Shown one piece after another: positions 28,401-39,466 of a stretch of 64,000 nucleotides of DNA. Source of the stretch: Lama glama (lineage: Eukaryota); the NCBI GenBank assembly GCA_028534125.1, contig CM052817.1:2854001-2918000 (forward strand). Direction: 5' to 3'. Below the pieces are notes generated by a model. It was not told the DNA's origin, ran no database searches, and saw only the letters and a program-made list of their open reading frames with translations. Position numbers and translations under genes: made by a program. Position 1 is the stretch's first letter; every line of letters starts with the position of its first letter.

Positions 28401-29369
28401 TTATAACCCGTAAGATGACAGCTCGCCTTCACTCGAGCCGTTACTTCTCCGAGCACTTGGATGCTTGTGACCCCCCTAGAGTTTCCCCAGAATCCTCAGA
28501 GAAACTTAGGGTTCTGAGGGTTGGGGGGAGGGCAGCGGAGGTCACACAGCCAGAACTACAGCAGCAATTCAAGCAGAGCCCAGGGCTGTCTGTCCGTGTC
28601 CCAGGCCCTTCCTACCACCCTGCTGGGAGAACGCGATGTGCAGGCGGCGAGGGCGGGGTGGGGAGGGGCCAGAGCTGGAAGTCTGGTGTAATGACCTTGC
28701 AGGAGGCGTGTCCATGGGGCAGCAGGCCTTGCCATTGATTTTAATGAGAAAAGAGGCTTTAAAAGACACTGCTCACACACCCAGGCCTCTTGGAATTGAG
28801 TAAAGGTTTACTTGTCCTCCGAAGCTCTTCTCAGCTGCTGAGCCTCCAGGCTGGCAGGCAAGACCACAGGCATCTCTCCTTCTAAGCTGCTGGGGCTCTT
28901 GTCTTCTCCCCACACACATCTGGGTGCCACCCTCTGCCACCAGGGGCCTTACAGAGAGGGACCCAGACTCTTCCTGGGGTGCCACTCTTACTTGAGTTGT
29001 TGGGGACCTTTTATCGTCATCACGTTGGCAGCAGGCGCAGCCGGAGGAGCAGCCGTGCAGCAAACAAGACAGGCGTTTGTGCTTGCAGGAGCGGGTGACT
29101 GAAGAGGAGACGGTCCGCGCCTCCCACCAGCCGTGGCCAGCCTTCCCCTCCGCGCGGGCCCGCCTCGCAAAGCCTCAGGCATCGCGCTGTGCCGTCCTCC
29201 CGGGACACCAGCCCGTGGCCAGCACCCCGTGAGCCCTCCCCCGGCACCGGACGCGCTGACGGCACGCTTAGCAGCCGCTGCCTGTGATCCTGTCCAGTGG
29301 GTTTTCTGTGGTTGGTTTGAACACATTCTCTTTCCATCACTAGGTGCGGAGTGTTATCTGCATTTTAAA

Positions 29370-30010
29370 TCATTTTTTTGATTGTAAAACATGCGTAATA
29401 TAAACTATGCTATTTTAACCATTTTTAAGTGTGCAGTTCAGTGGCGTTCAGTAAATTCACATTGTTGTGAAACCTTCACCACTGTCCATCTACAGAATTT
29501 TTTCCATCGTCCTCAACAAACTCTGACCCCATTAAGTCGCTCCTCACCTGCCTTCTCTCCCCCCAGCCTCTCCCCCGAGTCCCGACTGTTTTGTTTTCTG
29601 CCTCTGTGCATTTGACAAATCCAGGGACCTCCTATCAGTGCTGTCACACGGGATTTGTCCTTTTGTGACTAGCTTATGTCACTGAGTGTAATGTCCTCAA
29701 GGTTCATCCCTGCTGTAGCAGGTGTCAGAACTGCCTTCCTTTTCAAGGCTGAATCATATTCCATGTAGGGATGGACTATATTTTGCCCATTCGTCCATCT
29801 GTCCTTCCGTGGACACTCGGGTTGCTTCCACTGCTAGGCTCCTGGGCTTGATGCCGCCGTGGATGTGGGTGTGCCTGTATCTGTCTGAACACCTGCTTCC
29901 GTTTCCTGGGGGCACATGCCGGGGGGGAGTGTTGGGTCAAAGGGTCTCTCTGTTTCATTTCTGGAGGCACCGTCATGCCATTTTCCTGGTGGTCGTGCTA
30001 CTTTACAGTC
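29370..30010 (-). mobile_element. L1 3' end remnant (L1MB-like)
   Basis: TTTTAACCATTTTTAAGTGTGCAGTTCAGTGGC...TTCACATTGTTGTG...TTTGTCCTTTTGTGACTAGCTTATGTCACTGAGTGTAATGTCCTCAAGGTTCATCC. Confidence 0.8.
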
Positions 30011-30899
30011 AGCGAGGGGTGTTTTGAGGGCAGGGCCTCCGAGCCCACCTGGCAGGAGTTGGACTCCTCGGCTCGTGCAGAGCCCGTCCCGCCCACCCTC
30101 CCTTCCACGCACTCCCTGTGCCCGGCTGCACCAAGCTCTGGAGGTTCCCCAAGGGAGCTGCACCCTCCCCACCCCAAAAATCTTTACCCAGCCTGTTCCC
30201 TTCTTGGGTGCCTTCCTTCCCTGCCCCTTCCCCATCCGCCCACACCTGCCCCAGGGGTGGGTGTCCTACTGGTCCCCCGACCCCCTTGTGGCTCCTGCTC
30301 TTGCCCCCACTGACACACATTCTTGTCCACTCGTCTGAGTGAGTCTGTGTCCTTTCCATCTGCCTCCTTCTCCCTCTACGGGGACCCCAAAGTGGGCACT
30401 GTGTCCCCAGCTCAGAATCCTCTGAGCCCATGAGGGCCTGTGCAGAGTCGGGGCCTGGCACCCACTGGGGTCTAGATACCTGGGCAGTGTCAGGGTGGGT
30501 GATCCAGGGCCACAGCTCCAACAGGCAGGAGAGCCTCGGTTCCCCGAGGCCTGAGCGGGAGCGCGGCTATGCTGGGGAAGTCGCATCTGGACCCAAGGCC
30601 ACCTGCAGGACACAGCCCCAGGCAACGAGGGATAAACTTAGCCACACGGATGGGAAAATGTCCTCCGTCTTCCTTCCTCCGCTTCCCTCAGCCCTGTGGG
30701 CGTGCCTCAGCATGGGGCTTGGGGTGGCTCCCCTCAGCCCACCCCGCTGCCTGGTGATGCAGGGATGCTGGTGTGTCATGGACCACAAAGCAAACCTGAT
30801 GGGGTCAGTGAGTGAAGCCCCTCTTCTCCTGGCTCAGCCAGAGACACCCCCCACAACACCTTCCTGCATTGGAGTTTTGCTGCCCTGGACATAGGGCAA

Positions 30900-31390
30900 A
30901 TTAAATCTTAGTAAAATAAATACACCATTAGATTTACCATCTTAGCCGTTGTTAAGTGCACAGTTCTGTGGCATTAAGTACATTCACATTGTGCGACCAT
31001 CACCACCACCATTTCCAGAACTCTTCTTATCTTGCAAAACTGAAACTCTGTCCCCATTAAACACCAGCCCCCTCCCCCCTCCCTGAGCTCCTGGCAATCA
31101 CCAGTCTACTTTCTGTCTCTAGTTTGTCTACTCTAGGGACCTCATAGAAGTGAAAACATACAACATTTGTCCTTTTGTGACTGGCCTGTTTCACTGAGCG
31201 TAATGTCCTCCACGGTCATCTGTGCTGTAGCAGGGGTCAGAGTCTCCTTCCTCTTTCAGCTGGCTCATATTCTGTTGAACAGACCACGTTTTGTTTGTCC
31301 ACCTGTCTGACCATGGCTGCTCTCCCCTCTGGCTTGTGAACGATGCTGTTATGATAACAGGTGTGCAAATGCACAGCTGGGTTTTCATGG
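30900..31390 (-). mobile_element. L1 3' end remnant (L1MB-like), a second copy
   Basis: TTTACCATCTTAGCC...GTGGCATTAAGTACATTCACATTG...CAAAACTGAAACTCTGTCCCCATTAAACA...TTTGTCCTTTTGTGACTGGC. Confidence 0.8.
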
Positions 31391-32079
31391 TCCCGCCAGC
31401 AGCTCTGTGGCAGGTGACCCAGTGCCGTCCTGTGGTCTGGCCCCCAGTAAAGCACTTAACATGTACCACTTCATTGGTTGCTCACCACCATCCAGTGAAC
31501 TGGGTGGTCCTTATTTCCCTTAACTGAAGCTGGAAGGTGAGAGGACTTCCTGCCATGCCAGCCTCACGGTGAGATGCTGGGATGCTGGGTGGAGGGTTTT
31601 CCACGTTCAGAACCCGTGCCTTCACCCTTCCCGGGGAGCGTCCAGCTGCCTGTGTGCGTTCATCCATTCTCGGTCATTCGTTCATTCATTGAACACTAAG
31701 TAGGTCCACTCTCCTCCTTGCCTTGGGCTGGGCCAAACGAGATGCATCAAGCTCTGTCCCACCATTAGAAGCTCACAAGCTGGGGGACTGAGTCACACAG
31801 AAGCAAAGAACAGGCAATCAACCATTATGTCTGCCACAGGTGCTGGCAGGTGGAGGTGTGTACAAACCACGCATTTGCCAACTGTGTCTACAGGTGGGGA
31901 AACCGAGGGCCGGGAGAGCAGAGGGCTTCCTCAGCCACAGACCCAGGGGTTCTGAGCCTCAGGTCTGTCTCTGTCACTATAGTTTTTTTTTTTCAGGATC
32001 TGCGAGGATAAAATTAGCAAGTCCTGATCCATCCTGTGTCTGGGGAGTTGTCTGCCTTCTTCGTCAGTTTTTCCCCCCA

Positions 32080-33030
32080 ATTCTTTCTTTTGAAAAGTTT
32101 TAAGCATATAGAAAAGCTGGGGGGAAAGAACCAGTACAAAGAACACCCTGTAATAATTCCATCTGGATGCAACAGTTATCCACATTTTGCTACATTTTGC
32201 TACACTCTCTCTTTTCTAAACTACGTGGAAGCGAGCTGCGCCCTAACCCTTCCGTGCTTAGCGCGCGTCAGAACCCGAATGTCACCTACGGGAAGTCCAC
32301 GTTCCTGCCCCCCTCCCCTCAGGGTGCCTTGACGGACTGACGTTTGTCTGCCTTTTCTCCTCCAGCATCCTGTCCTGCACCACCCACAACTGCTTAGCAT
32401 GTCTCTGTGTCTTTAGTCTCCTTTATTCTAGAAGGTTCTTCCCACCTTTTTGCTTTTGTTTTTCTTTCATGCCACTGACAGTTAGAATCCAGACCTGCTT
32501 TCTTGTGGATTGTCCCCCATCTGGATTGGTCTCTTTGTTGGAGATAAGATACGGGCTGAGCGTTTTTGGCAAGAAGCCGCCGCTGTGACCCGCATCCCGC
32601 TCGGGAGGCACATGTGCTTTCAGATTTTTAGCACAGCCTGTGTGCACCCAGCGGAGACGAGGGTTCTTACACGTACGTCCTTCCACCCTTGTGAAAACAG
32701 ACCTCTAAGTGGAAGAAACAAGTATTCCCAGAACTGGAGTTGTTTAACTGGGACTGCCTTCTGCCAAACCGCTCCCCCCAGAGGCTGCCCTAATTTACTC
32801 CTTCACCAAAAGGCAAGAGAGTCCCTTGTCCCCACCCCCTCCCAGCCCAGCAGGACAGGGGCAGTCTTTTCATGTTTGCCAACTGATGGGAAAAGGGCAC
32901 CTCCCTGCTTTAGTTTGCCTTCCCCGGGTGCCCAAGGGCATTTTTCCAGCTTCCGGGCCATTTGTGTTTCTGTGAATTTGCTGTTCTGTCCTTTGCTTGT
33001 TTTCCGTGGGGCTGCTCGTCTGTCTGTATT
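32080..33030 (-). mobile_element. Highly decayed old L1 (L1MC/L1ME-like) fragments
   Basis: TTTGAAAAGTTTTAAGCATATAGAAAAGCTG...; CTGCCAAACCGCTCCCCCAGAGGCTGCCCTAATTTACTCCTTCACCA; TTTGCCAACTGATGGG. Boundaries are approximate. Confidence 0.5.
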
Positions 33031-34195
33031 GACAAGGAGGCAGATAGGTGTGTGCCCTGGGCGCTGTCAGGCAGGGCGCGAGCCCTCTCCGCCAGAGAGC
33101 CAGCAGCCTCGTCTGGGGGCCCGGGATGGGGTGCGTGCTGGGGACAGTGGGCAGGTCAGGGGCGCCAGGAGGCCGTGTCCAGGTGTGTTGTTGGGCAGAG
33201 AAGGCAGTGCTGACCTAGGAGAAGGTCTCTGAGCAGGGAGACAGAAACTCCATCACTTCCAGCCTTCCTCACTGGCGAATTCCCTGCTCAGCAGGCTCGG
33301 GGGGCCGCCGAGACCCCCACCAGTGAAATCCGAATGCCTCCCAGCAGCCTCCTCTTGCTCTCGGCTCCTTGGGCCTCGGGGCCTTCACACCTGCCAACGC
33401 CTCTGCTGGACTCGTCCACCCGCTCTTAACTGATGCCTTCATAGGGCCGGGGCCGCCTCCTCCGAGAGGCCACCAGACACAGTGGATGCCGTGCGCCACT
33501 GCCCTGCTTTCTCCTTCGTTAACGCTGATCACGGGTCAGCCTGCACCTTACTTGGTTTCCCCGTCTGTGTCTGTCCCCCTGCTAGCCTACCAGCGCCATG
33601 CGGGACGGGATCCCTGAGCGCCTTGTGCCTGGCCGGGGGGCTTAGTCGACAGACCCTTATTCCTCGTTATGCAGATGGGGCCGCCGCCGACTAGCCCCAC
33701 CCTGGGGCATCTGGGGCAGTCCTGCTCAGCCACCTCCTGGTTGATGTTTGGAGGTCTCCGCTGTCTTTTCCCTTAGGGGACCCCAGGCTTGCTATCTCAG
33801 GAGCACCTGTGTCTCAGATGGTCTTGCGGACACTGTCAGGTGGCTGTGATGTGGTCCTTCTAGAGCATAGCTCCTCCCACGTGAACAGGGCAAGAAGGGT
33901 GGACTGAGCATGTGGTCCAGCCAGGCCGGGTGTCGGGGACAAGGAGTTTGGTCTCAATCTGGGAGGCCTGGTGAGCCCCCAGAGAAGGCGCTCAGTGCTG
34001 GGGACCCAGAGTTCAGCCTGGCAGGGAGGGAGGACCATTGATGGAGGGCAGGGTCTCAAAAAGTGAGAAATGGGGCGGGCGGGAGGAGTCAGAGAAGGGG
34101 ATGCGCTGCGAGGTCCGGGGAGAAAGCGCTTGCTGTAACTCGGACAACTTGTGCTGGCTGCTCCGAGACCGTGGATGGTTTTGGTGACAGGTCCG

Positions 34196-34588
34196 TGTTC
34201 TGGGCTGAATTGTGTCCCCAAAGAGCAATGTTGAAGTCTTGCCTCTGGTCCCTGGGAGTATGATCTTATGTGGAAATCGGGTTATTGCAGATGTAACAGT
34301 TAGGATGAGGTCCTAACTGTTAGGAGAAGGAAAGAGACACGAAGCAGAGGCTACGCGATGGCGGGGCGGAGACTGAGGGGCTGCAGCTCCAGGCCAGGAT
34401 GGCGGGCAACCACCGGGAGCGGGGAGAGGCCAGGAAGGAGTCTCCCCACGGGTTCTGGAGGGAGCGGAGCCCTGCCGACACCTCGACCCAGGACGCCAGG
34501 CCTCTGGTGCTGGGAGAGAACAGATTTCTGTGACTTAAGCCACTCAGTTTGTGGTCATTTGTTCCGGCTGCCATGGGAAACTCAGACG
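34196..34588 (+). mobile_element. ERVL-MaLR LTR (MLT1B/C-like)
   Basis: TGTTCTGGGCTGAATTGTGTCCCC...TTGCAGATGTAACAGTTAGGATGAGGTC...TTAAGCCACTCAGTTTGTGGTCATTTGTT...GGGAAACTCAGAC. Confidence 0.8.
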
Positions 34589-35549
34589 GTTAGGAACGAT
34601 GCCTCCGACCAAGTGCCCATCACGTGCCAGGCGAGGTGCCCCATGTGTCATCTCACGTAGTCTCTCTGCAGCCCAGGAGGCAGGTGCCCTCTTTACACAG
34701 ACAAGGAAACTGAGACCCAGAGAGGTAAAGCCCCTGGGCCAAGGTTGCACAGCTGCTGAGAGATGGAGCCAGCTGCAAACACAAGTCTACGAGCTGTAGA
34801 CCGGCTGGCTGGGCAAGGGTATCGGTGTGTGATGTACGGCACGGCTGGAGGATGGGGAGAGGTGGGTGAGAGAGGACGGTGACAGGTGAGGCACTCTCTT
34901 CTCCGACTGTGCACGCAGATCCCTCTGGGGGCTGAGTGCTCAGGAGAGGCCAGGCCAGGTCGTAGGGGTCCTTGCCCAGGGACTGGACGGTGTCTCAGAC
35001 TCCTTCAGACCTGATTTTGGATGCCCCTGAGAAAGTGCTGGTGTCCTCACCTGGAAAATCAATGCCATCTGTCGTAACTGTCCAGGCCTTTGATCTCACT
35101 TGTTTCTCATCTTTTTAAGCAGCATTCGGAAATGAAGGTGCAAGCGAGCATCACCGGAGATGGCACCAGGACGGGTGGGAGCGGCAGGGGGCTGCCGGGG
35201 GGGAAGGATTGTTCTGGAAGGTGGAGCAGGGGGTGTGCAGGAGGAGGAGGGAGTCAGGAGCCAGGGAAGCAAGTGGAGCGACGGAAGCTGGGACCTCACT
35301 CCCCTTTTCCCTTTTAGTCTGGGCCCCTTCCCAGGTCACCTGATGAGCCCGCCTGCTTGGGGGATGCAGGCCACTGTGGGGGCCACAGGTGGAGGACCAC
35401 ACCCTCGAATCTGGGGGTCCTTCCCAGCACACGTCAGACCTGCCCACCCTCAGTGCATTTCTCTCTCTTAATCCTCATTGCTTTCACTGGGGTCCTCCCG
35501 CCCACCGCCCCGGGCAAGGGTACAGGTGTGGAAGTTAGGATGGAATGTT

Positions 35550-35720
35550 CTGCGCTGCAGGTGGCGACCCACATGTGGGGGTGAAATCAGTTTAGTGGGT
35601 CACAGCAGCCTTTGTTATGTAAGAAGTTGAATCGAATAGAAAAATAGCAGAGCACACTGAGAGTAATAAGGCTAAGCGTTGTTTGGTGAAAAAAAATGTG
35701 TTACGCATTCACGTATCATA
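35550..35720. mobile_element. hAT-Charlie-type DNA transposon fragment
   Basis: GCGACCCACATGTGGGGGTGAAATCAGTTTAGTGGGTCACAGCAGC...GAATAGAAAAATAGCAGAG resembles a recalled Charlie-family end. Subfamily uncertain. Confidence 0.5.
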
Positions 35721-35734
35721 TAAACTGTTGCTGT

Positions 35735-36186
35735 GAGTGGTAGGCTGAAAAACGGGCCGTCCAAAATAGGTCGTGTCCTCATCCTCGGACCTGTGAGTGT
35801 CGCTTTATTTGAAAGAAGGGGTTTTGCACATGGGATTAAGGTGAGGATGTTGAGATGGGGAGATTATCCTGGATTATCCAGGTGAGCCCTTGATGCCAAC
35901 ATGATGCTTCTGAGCAGGGAGAGGCAGAGGGTGGTTACAGAGCAACACACAGACAAGAAGGTGGGGGGCCATGGGGGCAGAGATGGGGTGATGCAGCCAC
36001 GAGCCAAGGGTGCAGGAGCTGGAAGAGGCAGGAAGGAGCCTCCCTGGAGCCCAGAGGGAGCCCCGCCCCACAGACACCTGGACTCCAGCCCAGTGATACT
36101 GATTTTGGACTTCCGGCCTCTAGGACTGTGCTTCTAAGCCCCTCAGCTGTGGTAGTTTGTTGTTGCAGCCACGGGAAACGAATACG
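35735..36186 (+). mobile_element. ERVL-MaLR LTR (MLT1C/D-like)
   Basis: GGATTAAGGTGAGGATGTTGAGATGGGGAGATTATCCTGGATTATCCAGGTGAGCCC...AGCTGGAAGAGGCAGGAAGG...TTTTGGACTTCCGGCCTC...GGAAACGAATAC. Confidence 0.8.
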
Positions 36187-37738
36187 CTTTGGAACAAACA
36201 ACCCCAAAGCTCAGAAGCATAAGTCAGCCATCGGTCATCCTGGTTCGGGGCCTGCGGGCTGGCCGGGGCGCAGCTGGCCGGGCTGGGCTCCGTTGGTGGC
36301 TCTGCCCACCTCGTCATCCTCCTGGGATGACCGGGCAGACCTGCGATGCCCTCCTTGCAGGAAAGCAAGCCCAGTAGGGCAGGTGGAGACGGTGAGGCCC
36401 CGACTCAGAACCGGCACCTTGTCACTCTCGCCCACGTGCCATCGGCCAAAGCAGCCACCTGAGCAAACACAGATTACGGGATGGGAAGAGCCCTCCCCCC
36501 AGAGGAGACCCTGATAAGGGTGAGGATGTAGGGAGAGCCCAAACTCAGTCCGCCCCACAGGTGTGCATGTGTGCATGCAGGGTCACTGTCTGGTGTACAC
36601 CCCTCCCTGTGCGCTGGAACAGTTTGGAAGCTACTGACCAGTGGCAGAGAACCTGGTTCCAGGGGCATGTCCCCAGTGCCCTTGACCCAAGGGTTCACGG
36701 GTTTTCTGGGCCCAGCTCTGCCTCTCTGCTGCTCTTCCCAGGAATCAGTCCAGAGGGTTCTGGGGGGGCTGGAACGTCTCGCCTCTCCCCCTCCCCCCAC
36801 ATCCTCAGAGGAAAAGAGGGGCTCCTCCTTGTAGGGTCCAGGGAGGGAAGAGGACTGCTCCCCAACAGCCTTAACCAGTCAAGGTCCCAGGATGGGACAT
36901 GCAAATCGCGAACTAGCTTACACTCATCAGCGTCCTGGTCGTCTGCCTTCAGACCACATGGGTGGCCTTGGAGAGGCCCCGGGGCAGAAATCTCCCAGGA
37001 GGCTGGAGGCCATGGCCTTTCCTCCCCTTGGGTGTGTCCCTCCTGCCCCTCCATCCAGAACCAACGGGGAAGAGATAGGGCTTTTGCACCCCCTCCACCC
37101 CTGAGCCCTGGAGAGCGTCTGAGGCCATGGTCCAGGAGGCCATGGGTCCCCGGACCCTGGACCTCTGTGGATAGAGGACTTCTTTATCTTCAGTGACCCC
37201 GTGAGCCAGGGGCCTGGCAGTCACTGCAGATGGGGGAGCACAGTGCAGTGAGGGCTGGGCTCTGGGGGAGCTGGTGGGCATGGGGGGGCCAGGCCATGCA
37301 CTGATTTCTGCCTGAGGGTCCCAGGGGCCCCCACCCTAATGTGCCCCTCTCTCCCAGGAGGCTGTTCTTGCAGTGTTGAGGCAGATGGTCCCAGACACAG
37401 GTGTCCTGACCTCCAGCTGAGATGGACAGGAGGCATTAGGCCCTTGGGGTACCCTGATGGGGAGGGTGCCAGCCTGGGGAAGTGTGGCCCAAAGGCAGGG
37501 AGCTGGCCTCAGCTGGGTGCTCTCCCCGGAAGCCAGGGGGCCAGGGTCGGGAAGGGCTCAGGGGATGGGCAGGAGGGTCCTTCCAAGGGGCCCTATGAGG
37601 TGTCCAGCGCCATGTCGTGTCCAGGGTGGGAGCAATGCTCGCCCAGTGGGTGGGCGGGACCCACAGGTCCTCCTGCTATGGATCTCTTTCAAACGCCTGC
37701 CAACCCTCAGCCTCCTTCACTCGTAGGGAAAAGCCCAC

Positions 37739-38238
37739 NNNNNNNNNNNNNNNNNNNNNNNNNNNNNNNNNNNNNNNNNNNNNNNNNNNNNNNNNNNNNN
37801 NNNNNNNNNNNNNNNNNNNNNNNNNNNNNNNNNNNNNNNNNNNNNNNNNNNNNNNNNNNNNNNNNNNNNNNNNNNNNNNNNNNNNNNNNNNNNNNNNNNN
37901 NNNNNNNNNNNNNNNNNNNNNNNNNNNNNNNNNNNNNNNNNNNNNNNNNNNNNNNNNNNNNNNNNNNNNNNNNNNNNNNNNNNNNNNNNNNNNNNNNNNN
38001 NNNNNNNNNNNNNNNNNNNNNNNNNNNNNNNNNNNNNNNNNNNNNNNNNNNNNNNNNNNNNNNNNNNNNNNNNNNNNNNNNNNNNNNNNNNNNNNNNNNN
38101 NNNNNNNNNNNNNNNNNNNNNNNNNNNNNNNNNNNNNNNNNNNNNNNNNNNNNNNNNNNNNNNNNNNNNNNNNNNNNNNNNNNNNNNNNNNNNNNNNNNN
38201 NNNNNNNNNNNNNNNNNNNNNNNNNNNNNNNNNNNNNN
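37739..38238. other. Assembly gap (500 N)
   Basis: Run of exactly 500 N that abuts a minisatellite. Confidence 0.98.
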
Positions 38239-38374
38239 CCCGCAGGGCACCGGGCACTGTCACCCAGACTGACCACCCCGCAGGGCACAGGGCACTGTCA
38301 CCCAGACTGACCACCCCGCAGGGCACCGGGCACTGTCACCCAGACTGACCACCCCGCAGGGCACCGGGCACTGT
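38239..38374. repeat. GC-rich minisatellite, 38-bp unit CCCGCAGGGCACCGGGCACTGTCACCCAGACTGACCAC, about 3.6 visible copies
   Basis: Units start at 38239, 38277, 38315 and 38353 (partial). Unit 2 has one C>A difference. The array runs into the gap. Confidence 0.95.
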
Positions 38375-39099
38375 GAGTCACCGGATACATCTTGTTTCCT
38401 GTTAGATTTAAGGAACATTTATCGGGCCTCTGTTGTGTGCCCAATAAACTCACCACCATTTTGGAGAGGTGACCTGACTTGTTCAAGATCGCACCATCGG
38501 TGGCCCAGGGGGACGATGGGTAAGATGTTGACCAGATGAGGTCACTGATTGGTCCAGTGGTGGCCGCTCTGGCCCATGGCAAGGTGACATGAGCCCCAGG
38601 CCCTGGTCCCGGCCTGGCCCCAGCCAGCCGGCCAGTTGTGTTTTCCCTGTGCAGGGGGAGGGGACGGGCTCCCACGCCCACTAAGCCCTGGCCTTCCGGA
38701 ATGCCACCCATGAGACCTTCGACACCTCTCCGGTCAGGAAGGACTGCTCTTCTGGCGATGAAATGCCGCCCACCGGGGGCGCGGGCGGCGAGGGCACCTG
38801 GGCCGGCTGCTGGGAATTGGAGAGGCCCAGGCGCTGCCAGAGGCTGCAGCTGAAGGCGGCTGGGCGCCCCTGTGGCCGCCTGAGCTTGCGGGGGTCTGCT
38901 CACTGCCACGTTCCTCCCAGCTTCTGCCTCTGGAAGGAACCGCGCCCCCCAGCACACACCACCTCCGCCGGGACCCCATCACGTGCCAGCTCACAAAGCC
39001 CCGCCCGGGGCAGCGCCACTGTCACTCTGCAGATGGAAAACAGGCTTCGAGCAGGGAGCGGGCAGTCCTGGGCCTCCGGCTCTTTCTTCCACAGGGACT

Positions 39100-39466
39100 G
39101 CGGACTGGTTTCCTGGGGCTTCTATAAAAAGTAGTGCAGGTATTTCTTCTCTCACAGTTTTGGAGACCAGAAGTCTGAAACTGAGGCGTCACCAGTGTGG
39201 GCTCCTGCTGAGGGCAGCGAGGGGGGGCTCTCTCCCTGGCTTGCGGACGGCCGCCCTGTCCCTGCATCTCCGCACCTCTCCCCTCCGCACACCTCTGAGC
39301 CCTCATCCGCCCTGTTCTTAAGGACACGGTCGTGATGGACCAGGACCCACCCTAATGGGCTCCCCTTAACTTGATTCCTTCTCTCCAAATCAGGTCACAT
39401 TCTGGGATGCTGGGGGGTTAGGACTCCAGCATACGAGTTCGGGGGGACCCAATTCAACCCATCACA
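39100..39466 (-). mobile_element. ERVL-MaLR LTR (MLT1A/B-like)
   Basis: CTCTCACAGTTTTGGAGACCAGAAGTCTGAAA...TTCTTAAGGACAC...TCTCCAAATCAGGTCACATTCTGGG...AATTCAACCCATCACA. Confidence 0.8.

Noticed and set aside
29370..31390. Apparent duplication between 29.4-30.0 kb and 30.9-31.4 kb
   Set aside because: It is explained by two diverged copies of a related L1MB-type 3' end.
37339..38348. Several long ORFs spanning the gap and minisatellite
   Set aside because: Their length comes from N runs and a stop-free repeat.
38239..38374. Repeat array as a CRISPR locus or tRNA cluster
   Set aside because: The units are head-to-tail with no spacers, there are no cas genes, and the context is mammalian.
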